64,000 nucleotides of DNA, from positions 124,001 to 188,000 of the IMG/VR virus record IMGVR_UViG_3300033153_013547; one strand, 5' to 3'. The notes under the pieces are model-generated. The model was not told the DNA's origin and did no database searches. It saw nothing but the letters and a program-made list of their open reading frames with translations. How positions within the stretch are numbered: position 1 is the stretch's first letter; every line of letters begins with the position of its first letter. The position numbers and the translations under genes are program-made. This document shows positions 1 to 9,512 of the stretch, piece by piece.

Positions 1-600
1 ATTACTGACCTCAAAGAATGCATTTCTAAATTGATGGAGGAATCTAAAAAGTTAGAAAAGCAAAATGACACTAGTGATACAAGGATCACCGAGCTTGAGG
101 AGGAAAAACTCAATCTTCAGTCACAATTTGAGGAAGTAACACAGGACTTAAAAAAAATCAAGGCAGAAACAACTGCTGAATTAGACAAACTGAAGGATGA
201 GAATAGCGAATTGAGCGTAGAGGTCGATACGCTCAAGGAAAATTATTCTACACTTACAGAAGACTATCGTCAGCACTTGATTGATCAGGTTGTACATAAT
301 AGGTTATCTATTATGTCAGTATCTGGTTCCTCAGATGAAGTAAGTAAAATAGCGACACAGATTCGTGACAAATTTGCAAAAGACACCATTGAAAGTTTGA
401 AAGCGAGACTGGAAGAGCATCGTGTTGTTGTAGACAATATTGAGTTCAAGCTCAATGTTGAAAAAGATGAAATTTCTGACGACTTTCCTAGTGATCCATC
501 AATCAATGATGAAACAGAGGAAGACGCGGAAGAAACCAAAGATCCTAAGTTCTGGGACCTAGAGAAAGATATTGGGATCCAAAACGAACAATCAAAATAA
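1..600 (+). CDS. Capsid scaffold / prohead protease C-terminal coiled-coil region (5' partial)
   Basis: Frame is open from base 1. Long E/K/L heptad coiled coil with an acidic tail, directly upstream of the decoration and capsid genes. Confidence 0.65.
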   Translation: MTDLKECISKLMEESKKLEKQNDTSDTRITELEEEKLNLQSQFEEVTQDLKKIKAETTAELDKLKDENSELSVEVDTLKENYSTLTEDYRQHLIDQVVHNRLSIMSVSGSSDEVSKIATQIRDKFAKDTIESLKARLEEHRVVVDNIEFKLNVEKDEISDDFPSDPSINDETEEDAEETKDPKFWDLEKDIGIQNEQSK

Positions 601-615
601 AGGAGTGGGAAAAAC

Positions 616-1965
616 ATGCCTTTCATGCCAAGCCCAAACGAAAGATTCATTGAGCGCGATAGTGATGGAGTGCCGGTACGAACATGGTCTAAGCTTATGG
701 CTGGTGACTATCACACGCTACCTCCTAATTACATACTCGACGCTCAGGCAATTCGTCAGGATTGGGCTGGGACTGCAACATCCATCAACGGCGCAGATGG
801 CAACCCCTGGGCTTTTGTAGATCAATTTACGAATCTACATACAGACATATCTCAGGGAAGGGTCGTTGTGCCAAAGGGCTTCCCACTAATGCCCTCGGAA
901 TTCAGTCTCAGCACAAGAACAGATAGATTTGCTGGAGATACAATTGATCAACTTAACTTAAATCGCCTTAGGTTAGCTAATTATACAGAAGATTCATTAG
1001 GCAATTATACTGGTAACACCCTTGGTGTAGCAGTCAAAGACTACTACATGCCAGTTTATGCGCGTGCACTGTCAGAACCAATTGCTGTAGTTGATAGAGC
1101 GGTTATTGAAATTCCATTTTATCAAAGCGATTTGACAACAGGTGGACGTGAATTAGCAAGATTAGTAACTCGTATTACAGCTCTTGCTAAAAACGCTGGC
1201 ACTGATGCAGATATTGCCGTTGGAGATTATGTAACAGTTGGCGCAGGAGCAGACCGTGGTCGTTTCATCAATATTGGTGCTAGTAATGCTAATTCTGATG
1301 TTGTGGGACAGATTATAGCTATTGAAACCGTAGATGTTGAAGGGGGCATTCGTGGATGGATGCAAAACAAACAGTTTGATCCATTTTACATGTTCCGTGA
1401 AGGCACATGGTATACGGATTGGGACACCGCAGAGACATTTACATATCCAACAGATTACAACGCTGACTACGTAATGCCTCCGTATTCATGGTTTGGAAGA
1501 GGCCTCACCGGTCTTACTGATGGTGGTGAATACCGCTTAACAATAACAGATACGGCAACATTCACGGTGCCGAATCCCGCCGTCCAGGACTATGAACTCG
1601 ATCTAGGTGCCTATGCCGCAACATTCGGCGCAGCCAAGATCGTTCGTGCGGATGGAACAGTAGTTACAGCAACAAACGCATTTACCACTGCTGACGTTAC
1701 TATCGTGTCAGTCACCAACGATGGTGTTGACGACCTAGTAGCAGGCACGTGGACGGTATCAGCCGTAGATGACACTACGATTGATTCTGATTACGCACAG
1801 CATATAAATGTTACATTCAACCGTGGCGCCGGAAATCCCGGAGTCGGTAATGAGATCGTGGTCGAGTTCTCATTTGTAGCAAAAGGTCAGCATACTGGTC
1901 TGCCGGTAAGCCTAGATAGTGCTACTGTCGTTGGCATTGCTCAGGTCAAGCTGACGCTTTCTTAA
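616..1965 (+). CDS. Head decoration (cement) protein with C-terminal beta-rich/Ig-like extension
   Basis: Lies between scaffold and major capsid genes; AGGAG RBS; beta-strand-rich with a T/V/D-rich C-terminal third. Confidence 0.55.
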   Translation: MPFMPSPNERFIERDSDGVPVRTWSKLMAGDYHTLPPNYILDAQAIRQDWAGTATSINGADGNPWAFVDQFTNLHTDISQGRVVVPKGFPLMPSEFSLSTRTDRFAGDTIDQLNLNRLRLANYTEDSLGNYTGNTLGVAVKDYYMPVYARALSEPIAVVDRAVIEIPFYQSDLTTGGRELARLVTRITALAKNAGTDADIAVGDYVTVGAGADRGRFINIGASNANSDVVGQIIAIETVDVEGGIRGWMQNKQFDPFYMFREGTWYTDWDTAETFTYPTDYNADYVMPPYSWFGRGLTGLTDGGEYRLTITDTATFTVPNPAVQDYELDLGAYAATFGAAKIVRADGTVVTATNAFTTADVTIVSVTNDGVDDLVAGTWTVSAVDDTTIDSDYAQHINVTFNRGAGNPGVGNEIVVEFSFVAKGQHTGLPVSLDSATVVGIAQVKLTLS

Positions 1966-1996
1966 TGCGCCAATAAATTACTAAGGAGCAATAAAA

Positions 1997-3172
1997 ATGG
2001 ATAACACAAAAATAATTGAACAAAGACTTTTGCCCAACAGTGATATCATCGAGCGCATTACACAGGCTGCCGACAGAGTGCAAAAGCTCATTGATCACTC
2101 TAAAAAAGAAGAGGCAAACAACATTCATATTAAGACCCTTTTACGAGCCGATAAAGACAAATTATACGAACTTGAAAAAGGGCGCAGAGACAAGTCGAGT
2201 AATGCATACGAAACAGTTAGCACTACCGCTCACTTACTGTTGGTTCCTCAGATTATAATGGGAGACATTATAGAATCAGAGGAAGCCCACACTGTGGCCG
2301 CCAACTATTTCGCCCCAGTACGTTTACCAGCCAAAACGGCCCAAAAAAGTATCACTTATCCAATAATCGGTACGTTTAGAGCAGGAGAGGTGCCAGAAGG
2401 TAATGCTTACCCAACAGCCACCCTTGATGTCTCAAAAGCAACTGCTCGTGAGGTCCGTGTACGCAAAATCGGTTTACAGCTCAATTTCACTGACGAAGCA
2501 ATCTCGGATTCGGCATGGGATATAATCAGGGTCTATACAGCAGAAGCCGGCAAGGCTATGGCCAGATATAAGGAATACTGGGCATTCAAAGAGTTCTCCA
2601 CATTTGGTCACACCGTATTCGACAACGACTTAGATGACCCTGACGCTCTAACAACGGGACGAAATCAGTTGGGCAACCTCAACAACACCGTTTCGTTTCA
2701 GGATATCATGGATGTATTTCAGGCCATGTATCTCAATGGCACAACTTTGACAGATCTGTTGATTCATCCTCTGTTGTGGTTCTCATGGCAACAGTCGGCA
2801 ATCTATGGCGGATTTAGCTATAACGATCCTGGAAGCGACTCATCAAAGGACGCTACGCCCTTTAGCTTCGATATCGCAAGCAAGCTTCCCCATAAGCCAA
2901 AACTCGTTTTGGCTCCTGAGCTACCATTTGACTACCACACCTTTAAGACAGATCTTTATGCTCTGGACGCAAGCAAAGTTGGAATCAACCTAATCAAGGA
3001 AGATCTCTCAACTGAAGGCTTTGACGATCCGACTAAAGACATCTTTGCTTACAAGGTACGTGAGCGTTATGCCCTCGCTGTGGTTAATGAAGGCAGAGGA
3101 ATCGCAACAGCGCGCAACGTTGTTGCAGAGCCTTCTTGGCCATACAAGATTTTATTGACAAACGAAGTATAA
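1997..3172 (+). CDS. Major capsid protein (HK97 fold)
   Basis: 391 aa with AGEVPEGNAYP, KIGLQLNFTDEAISDSAWDII and C-terminal RERYALAVVNEGRGIA segments typical of HK97-fold capsid proteins; AGGAG RBS; followed by a strong terminator hairpin. Confidence 0.9.
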   Translation: MDNTKIIEQRLLPNSDIIERITQAADRVQKLIDHSKKEEANNIHIKTLLRADKDKLYELEKGRRDKSSNAYETVSTTAHLLLVPQIIMGDIIESEEAHTVAANYFAPVRLPAKTAQKSITYPIIGTFRAGEVPEGNAYPTATLDVSKATAREVRVRKIGLQLNFTDEAISDSAWDIIRVYTAEAGKAMARYKEYWAFKEFSTFGHTVFDNDLDDPDALTTGRNQLGNLNNTVSFQDIMDVFQAMYLNGTTLTDLLIHPLLWFSWQQSAIYGGFSYNDPGSDSSKDATPFSFDIASKLPHKPKLVLAPELPFDYHTFKTDLYALDASKVGINLIKEDLSTEGFDDPTKDIFAYKVRERYALAVVNEGRGIATARNVVAEPSWPYKILLTNEV

Positions 3173-3213
3173 CAATAGTTTACCAATAAAATTTTGGATC
3201 ACTAAGATCACAT

Positions 3214-3254
3214 ATAGGGGCGGTAGTTCGTCAAGAACTACCGCCCCTATTTAA
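3214..3254 (+). terminator. Intrinsic terminator-like hairpin after major capsid gene
   Basis: Perfect 16-bp inverted repeat ATAGGGGCGGTAGTTC (3214-3229) / GAACTACCGCCCCTAT (3235-3250), loop GTCAA, followed by a short T/A run. Confidence 0.8.
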
Positions 3255-3277
3255 TAAACCCCAAAAGGAGGGGAAAA

Positions 3278-4063
3278 ATGAGTAAAAATGATAAAAAACT
3301 TGATGTTCCCAAAGGCTATAAAGGATACATAGTCTTAAACCAACGCGTTCGTGGATATAGAACAGATGTGGTTGATCCCAAAACAAGAAAACCTATCAAA
3401 TTAGACATCGCCGAACCACGCGGATATATTCCTGAAGAGTGGGGAGAAGATGAATATAAAGATATAGCATCAGCAGAACTAGCAGGAGCCATTACCGTAT
3501 ACATTAATGATCCAAAATATCAAAAAACAAAGGGCACAGTAAACAGCCCATATGCCCCCTATGCTGCTGTCCCCCCCGCCAGGCCTCGTTTTACCAAATT
3601 TACCGAAGATATTGATGGGTTAGGATTGCTTTCTCAAAAATTATCTAAAGAAGACTACGCCAAGGCAATAAGCTATAACGCTACCGATCCTGGAGAAATG
3701 CCTAATCAAGAAATTTATAGGGAAGATGCAGAAAAAATAGACTATCAAGCCAAAGAAGGCTTCCCCGATGATGATCCTAATTTTATTAACAAACATAATA
3801 TGACATATGAACCGCCATCACCCGCCTGGGAAATAGCCAGTAGCTTGACTACCACACCAGAAAAAGAAAACAGAGATGGGTGGGACTTAGGGGAAGTGAT
3901 AGATCATAGCAAAGATCTGCCAACCTCAATAAAGATAGAAAAAACTGGTGAAAGAGAAAAAACGCCACCCAATCAAGAAAAAAAAGACAACAAAAAAGAA
4001 AAAAAAAGCAGACAAGAAGACAACAGTAAAAAACAAAAAACTAAATTGATTAATGAACGTTAG
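3278..4063 (+). CDS. Hypothetical protein (head-associated) with Lys/Glu-rich low-complexity C-terminus
   Basis: 261-aa ORF with strong AAAAGGAGGGG RBS, directly after the capsid gene. Confidence 0.6.
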   Translation: MSKNDKKLDVPKGYKGYIVLNQRVRGYRTDVVDPKTRKPIKLDIAEPRGYIPEEWGEDEYKDIASAELAGAITVYINDPKYQKTKGTVNSPYAPYAAVPPARPRFTKFTEDIDGLGLLSQKLSKEDYAKAISYNATDPGEMPNQEIYREDAEKIDYQAKEGFPDDDPNFINKHNMTYEPPSPAWEIASSLTTTPEKENRDGWDLGEVIDHSKDLPTSIKIEKTGEREKTPPNQEKKDNKKEKKSRQEDNSKKQKTKLINER

Positions 4064-4110
4064 TTATTGGGTGGTTGCCTTAAAACAAATAAACAGGGAG
4101 GATCAACTAG

Positions 4111-5721
4111 ATGTCTCATCTTAGTCTATATGATTTTAGGGTAACCACCCAGGACCCCTTGCCTCATGCTGCTAATGCAGATCAATCTGGGGTATTTACT
4201 GTTAGTTTCAATTATCCAGTTAATATTAATAGTGCTACGTATGAAGTTATAACTTACACAAAAATAGCAACAGCCGACGATTTTAACCCCACTCCCGTTG
4301 AGTTTGACATTAGCTTCTCGTCAGATTCAATGACTATGATCTTGACACCTAGCGCTGTTTTAGATCCTGGCGGGGAGTATATGGTCGTTATTAGGGGTAG
4401 TGACGATCCAGATAGTCCATCACTAAAAAATAAATTGGGACACAATCTCAGATGGACATTTACTTCCAGTTTCATTACTGGAGAAATTACAATATCTCGC
4501 CCCACACTATCTGCCCCATCAGATGCATCTTCAACAAAAGCTCCAATAACTCTGTCTTGGGCAGAATCAGTCGTTACTGTTTGTAATACAGAATTAGATA
4601 CTTGTGTAGAATTAGAGCCCACCCGTTATGAAATATGCGTAGCAACAGATACCGCTTTTACAACCAAAGTATATGATGCTTATACAACAGACACAAACGT
4701 TATCATTGGTGTAGTACTACAAGAAAATGTAGACTATTTCTGGAAAGTGCGGGCTCAGTATGAAAAAGAGGTAGAGGGCGAAGATAATGTTTGGTATGCT
4801 AGTCAATGGAGTGACGTCTTTCAGTTTTATCTTGGATTTATTATTCCTGGCGAAAGTTTTACAGAAGCTCTTGGAGAAACACTTGAAGCAATCTATACCA
4901 TTCCTGACTACACAATATCTATAGCAAATGACTCAGTATTTGCCCCCACAAACTCTTCAGATCCTATAGTTATTGAATTTGAAAATGATATTGACATAGA
5001 TTCAGTAAGTGATACAGATATATCTCTTACATATAGAGTTCTCCCATTTCATAGGGGCAGGCCAGAAAGTTTGTCCTTTACCACAGATATAACTCACAAT
5101 CAACTAACTATCTCAGGCATCAATGGGGGTATGGGCTGGAGAGAAAACCTAATTTATACTCTTACACTAACAGGAATACTAGACACTGAAGGTAATCCCC
5201 TGATAGATGGCACAGATACATATACATTTGTTTATAACTTGGATCCACTATACTTTGATTGGGTATATGTTTCTGGTTATATCCAAGAAATTTTTAGCAT
5301 TGCCAATATTGATCTTGCAAAAATTACATATTCACTAATGATATGGGTTACTGAACAATATGCCAATTATTATGGCGGTGCAGAAATACCATCGTCTTTT
5401 GATAGATGGATTGAGTGTTTTATATTGTACGGAGCATTAGCAGACATTGCTGAACGTATTCTGTCAGATCAAAGCCAGTTATCCAGTGATTTTACACTTG
5501 GCGATCTCACTATAAGAGATGGAGCATCCAGCAATCTTCCTGAGCTCTTAAATAAATATGAGAGAGAAGCCAACATGTGTCTTAGCAGAATCATTCCCAA
5601 TATTCGTTACGCTGTCAAGGCATATTATAGAATATTGCCAGCAAGCTTGGCAGACAGTTCGCGCTCAAGCTACATACCCAGTGGAAGACTGGGGTGGCCA
5701 GCAAAAACGCCTTGGTTATAA
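4111..5721 (+). CDS. Head-tail adaptor fused to Ig-like and FN3-like domains
   Basis: N-terminal Ig-like repeat (VSFNYPVN...MILTPSAVLDPGGEYMVVI), FN3-like segment (LSW...YFWKVRAQ), second Ig-like repeat, and C-terminal helical adaptor-like segment (FILYGALADI...FTLGDLTI). First neck position; GGGAGG RBS. Confidence 0.6.
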   Translation: MSHLSLYDFRVTTQDPLPHAANADQSGVFTVSFNYPVNINSATYEVITYTKIATADDFNPTPVEFDISFSSDSMTMILTPSAVLDPGGEYMVVIRGSDDPDSPSLKNKLGHNLRWTFTSSFITGEITISRPTLSAPSDASSTKAPITLSWAESVVTVCNTELDTCVELEPTRYEICVATDTAFTTKVYDAYTTDTNVIIGVVLQENVDYFWKVRAQYEKEVEGEDNVWYASQWSDVFQFYLGFIIPGESFTEALGETLEAIYTIPDYTISIANDSVFAPTNSSDPIVIEFENDIDIDSVSDTDISLTYRVLPFHRGRPESLSFTTDITHNQLTISGINGGMGWRENLIYTLTLTGILDTEGNPLIDGTDTYTFVYNLDPLYFDWVYVSGYIQEIFSIANIDLAKITYSLMIWVTEQYANYYGGAEIPSSFDRWIECFILYGALADIAERILSDQSQLSSDFTLGDLTIRDGASSNLPELLNKYEREANMCLSRIIPNIRYAVKAYYRILPASLADSSRSSYIPSGRLGWPAKTPWL

Positions 5722-7178
5722 TGAGTAATAAACTAACAAAAATTAGATCTGATAATCTCAGTATCGACAAAATACAAACAGTGGGGACAGGACCCCTGAC
5801 TGAACTACTCGGTTACTCTAATAGTAGTTTTATCAATGTCAAAGATGCCAACAACATATTTGAGCTAAATATACCTTCGCCCAATGGTGAACTTAGAATT
5901 GGCCAGAAGTTCTCAGTCCCAGTATCAGATGATACAAACAATCAATATTTCACAATTGATAATGGCATAGATTCCCAAACATTTCCAGTCAATGTCTATA
6001 ATACTCTAGACAAAACAACAGTTGCAGTCACGGCCAAAAGCACCTATGAAGCAACCTTTGAATATTTAACCGTACCGCCAGCACCTAACGATTACTTTGA
6101 TTATTACTATATTGGTGGACATAACAGAACATATAATTTTCCTTCGACTGTAGCCATTGGTAATGGTGTGCCGCACAACAATCTTGTGTCTTTTCCTGAT
6201 GGAATAATGTCCATAGTCAATACTGACTGCACTTTTTCAACAATCGTCAATTCTGAGAATTTAATTCCAGTCAGAGCCTATCTTGTTATTACATTATATG
6301 ATGTAAGCAAATATTTATATTCCTCTGTATCAGACACAACATCTATCAACATTAGATGCACCAACACAGACATTTTGGGAACGAGTCAGGGCAATACATA
6401 TGTTGATTACTCTATTGATGTAACTCAAAACATCCACAGAATCCCCATAGAGTCCTTGATCAGACAGGATCTCATAACCAATACAATTACTATTACTTGT
6501 GTAGACACAGATGCTAATGCTGCTGTTTTTATAGATGATATTTCTGTTGAGATTTATCATTCTGACATAGTAAGTATCCCAACTGAATATAGATATGCAA
6601 GTAGTGATGACAATGGTGATCTATATTTTAGATCAGTAATTGATATCAACGATATTTTAGACGACATACCTTCTACAATAGTAGATATTCCAACAGACAT
6701 AAAAAAGACTCTCATACCTCTCCCCCATGGATCCTATGTTTCTAAAGTTATAGTAAGTAACAACGGAGTATTTCAATATTATTACACGCCAGAAGATATA
6801 ATTCAAGTCTGGAAATATGATGCCAATGATGTTAGCAATGAAAACAACGTTATTGGCACAGGACAACGTTTGGTATACACACGAGCAGATTTTGCAACAA
6901 ATGATGATGCCACTCTGTTAGACACAATATATGTTGATACCAACATAGATGGCACACAATACATAGATACAAGTAGGCTTGATAGTGTTTTCAATATATT
7001 GCAAGGGACATACAGACAGTATTTAAGATTTGAGAAATTCTCAAGTTATATTGTTCATAAAATAATGCTACCATTTACAAGTTCTATTGATGGCAGCAAG
7101 ATAGTTTTGACACCTATTGAGGATGGCAAACATGAAATAATATATGCCAAATCTTTGGTAGATGGTAGGATCAGATAA
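5721..7178 (+). CDS. Hypothetical beta-rich neck-region structural protein
   Basis: Long ORF; start placed at the ATG overlapping the upstream TAA (TAATG at 5719-5723) rather than 5694. Confidence 0.5.
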   Translation: MSNKLTKIRSDNLSIDKIQTVGTGPLTELLGYSNSSFINVKDANNIFELNIPSPNGELRIGQKFSVPVSDDTNNQYFTIDNGIDSQTFPVNVYNTLDKTTVAVTAKSTYEATFEYLTVPPAPNDYFDYYYIGGHNRTYNFPSTVAIGNGVPHNNLVSFPDGIMSIVNTDCTFSTIVNSENLIPVRAYLVITLYDVSKYLYSSVSDTTSINIRCTNTDILGTSQGNTYVDYSIDVTQNIHRIPIESLIRQDLITNTITITCVDTDANAAVFIDDISVEIYHSDIVSIPTEYRYASSDDNGDLYFRSVIDINDILDDIPSTIVDIPTDIKKTLIPLPHGSYVSKVIVSNNGVFQYYYTPEDIIQVWKYDANDVSNENNVIGTGQRLVYTRADFATNDDATLLDTIYVDTNIDGTQYIDTSRLDSVFNILQGTYRQYLRFEKFSSYIVHKIMLPFTSSIDGSKIVLTPIEDGKHEIIYAKSLVDGRIR

Positions 7179-7179
7179 C

Positions 7180-7716
7180 ATGACGCTTGGTGCCAATCAA
7201 ATAATTGATCATTATGGAATTAGGATAGCCTACATACGTAGTAGCACTTACTTCCGCTGCCCATATAAAGTACCCTGGTCAGGATATCACAAAACCACTG
7301 ATGGAATGGTTTGTCCTCTCTGTCTTGGCACTGGTAAAATAGTGTCCTCTGAAACCAGAATAGTACGTAAAAGTAGTACACAAGTAGAAGTTCCTGCTAA
7401 TTCTGGCATACCAAAGAGAATTGATCTTACTTGGTATTTCAAAAATAATGTCAACATCAAATCAGGAGATTATATTGTAGAATGTAGATGGCATGGAACG
7501 TTTCCTTCAATCAAACCAACTGGCATTGTAGATATTTTTAGAATAGATGACATAGACACATATACCAAAGAATTTGGAAGAGGGCTTGTATATTCAAGAG
7601 CCTTTACTACAAAAATTGTCAAATTCAATGAAGGACCATGGCCTGCATCAGATTCTGATGATGAAAGATCAATTATATTACATCAATTGACTCATGGAAT
7701 AAAGATTATAGAATAG
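7180..7716 (+). CDS. Head-closure (stopper)-like neck protein with Cys motif
   Basis: RCP...CPLCLGTG zinc-finger-like motif followed by a beta-barrel-like part (IKSGDYIVE); neck position. Start probably the ATG at 7180, just after the upstream stop. Confidence 0.55.
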   Translation: MTLGANQIIDHYGIRIAYIRSSTYFRCPYKVPWSGYHKTTDGMVCPLCLGTGKIVSSETRIVRKSSTQVEVPANSGIPKRIDLTWYFKNNVNIKSGDYIVECRWHGTFPSIKPTGIVDIFRIDDIDTYTKEFGRGLVYSRAFTTKIVKFNEGPWPASDSDDERSIILHQLTHGIKIIE

Positions 7717-7718
7717 CA

Positions 7719-8843
7719 ATGACTACAACAACAACACAGCAAGAACATTATATGTTACAGGCTCATTTAGAAGAGCTGTCTCACTTGCCATTTGAGGGTA
7801 GAATTTTGTTTGCCTTCAAAAGAGCTGCTGCATCAAATTCAATAGTTATTGCACCTGCTCTATTGTCTGAATTCAATGCCCAACACACTTTAGACATCTC
7901 TGGGAATGTTGTTGTAGGGGCCAATGTCATCTCTCAAGACACCTATGATTTTGTTAGTCAACAATTGATAGCAATAGCAGCAGCAGAAGGAACACATAGT
8001 TTTGCCATAGCTGACTACACAACCATGCAAGATCTCTATTTTTCAGTCAATGATGTAAGGCCAGATATCTTGTGTTTAGTAAACAATTATGCTGATGAGA
8101 TAGCATCTACTGATTGGTCTACAATTATTGATGACAGCTCAAAATATAAATTAGATGATATATGTTATGGTGTCAATTGCATAGCAATAATTCCTCTAAG
8201 TAGTAATTATTTGTTCTCAGTAGCTTCGTTGGTAGAGGCACCCATAAATTCATCAAGGATTGTGTTGGCTTATGGTAAGCCTGTTTATGGAGACATGGGG
8301 ACAATAGATCTTGCACCAATTCTTGCTATGGCATTGGCCAGATCCAGACACAACAGATCATTAAATAATGTTCCTATTGTAGCTACAGATGAAACAGTTT
8401 CATTTGAGAAACACTCTCTAACCAAAGGGCAAAGTGCCTATTTGGGTGCCCTTAGAATAAATACCCTAAAATGGTCAAGACAACAGGGCAGAAACAAAAC
8501 CAAAGCACTAACTTTTTATCCAGGGTATACAACATCTAATCATGATCTTTTAGGGAAAATACACCATTCTTACCTAGTTCAGTCTATTATCAGAAACTTC
8601 AGGCTGGCCATTGGTAATCCATCAACATTTGGACTAAAAAACTCTAAACCAGTCATAGGTGAGCCAATAAATATAAATCTTCTATACAAAATAGCTTATG
8701 CTGTTCTGGACACTTATAATTTAAATGAGGTGAACGTTAAGGTAGTTAATCAATATCTTGATATTGTAGATATCGATTTTACAGTTAGGCCATATGGTGA
8801 ACTAACTGGAGTAACTTTCTCGGTTAGAATAGGAGATTCATAA
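7719..8843 (+). CDS. Truncated tail-sheath paralogue (sheath C-terminal core)
   Basis: C-terminal half (SLNNVPI...LGALRINTL...LVQSIIRNFRLAIGNP...IDFTVRPYGELTGVTFSVRI) parallels the C-terminus of the 9513-12209 sheath (APTNKVV...LTTENLITF...FVKAVRAIGEQYIGEP...IKAIIIPALEMRKLELNI). Confidence 0.6.
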   Translation: MTTTTTQQEHYMLQAHLEELSHLPFEGRILFAFKRAAASNSIVIAPALLSEFNAQHTLDISGNVVVGANVISQDTYDFVSQQLIAIAAAEGTHSFAIADYTTMQDLYFSVNDVRPDILCLVNNYADEIASTDWSTIIDDSSKYKLDDICYGVNCIAIIPLSSNYLFSVASLVEAPINSSRIVLAYGKPVYGDMGTIDLAPILAMALARSRHNRSLNNVPIVATDETVSFEKHSLTKGQSAYLGALRINTLKWSRQQGRNKTKALTFYPGYTTSNHDLLGKIHHSYLVQSIIRNFRLAIGNPSTFGLKNSKPVIGEPININLLYKIAYAVLDTYNLNEVNVKVVNQYLDIVDIDFTVRPYGELTGVTFSVRIGDS

Positions 8844-9490
8844 TGAGCGATAACGAAATTATTATAGAACGACCACAGGGAGATTCTGGGCCAACTACCA
8901 GCAGCGGACGACAGCTTCTAAGCAGGAATATAGATTACCCCGTATTTCAGAGGCTTCTAGTTTATTTAGCTGACCAAATAGCTCCCGCTCTCAAATTGTC
9001 AGCTGGCATGGGCAAGGGCTTTCCAGGCGTTCATTTTTACGTTGTGTCTTCTTCACCAGTAGAGGGAAAGGGTCCTCGTCAAAAGGGGATAACCCAAACC
9101 CCCATAACCCAAGGTGATGGCGACAGAGAGCAGCTTGTAGAAATATATGGTCAAACCTTTTTGTATAACGTCCAGTTCAATGCCTGCGCAGAAGACGCAA
9201 TGGATGCAGAAAAACTAATGGCTCAGCTGGAAGACTTCATAGAGATGGCTAAGCCTACGTTGATCGAAAATGGTGTCAAAAAAATGGTATCTGATGGTCG
9301 CAATTTTGATGCATATGTGGTCGACCTCCACAAACCCAAATCAATCACGTCAGTCAGATATTTAGTTAAGATCGACAAAATAATAATGGTGCCTGTTGCT
9401 AAATTAGCAGATATACAGGCAGAAGTACAAACACTAACACTACAAAGGATTTTTGATCTAAATGAAGATCTTAGAGGATCTATTGAATAG
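8843..9490 (+). CDS. Tail terminator / completion protein
   Basis: Directly upstream of the sheath; VQFNACAEDAMDAEKLMAQLEDFI and SVRYLVKID pattern typical of tail terminators. Confidence 0.6.
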   Translation: MSDNEIIIERPQGDSGPTTSSGRQLLSRNIDYPVFQRLLVYLADQIAPALKLSAGMGKGFPGVHFYVVSSSPVEGKGPRQKGITQTPITQGDGDREQLVEIYGQTFLYNVQFNACAEDAMDAEKLMAQLEDFIEMAKPTLIENGVKKMVSDGRNFDAYVVDLHKPKSITSVRYLVKIDKIIMVPVAKLADIQAEVQTLTLQRIFDLNEDLRGSIE

Positions 9491-9512
9491 ATCAAGAAGG
9501 AGGCAAATCTAA

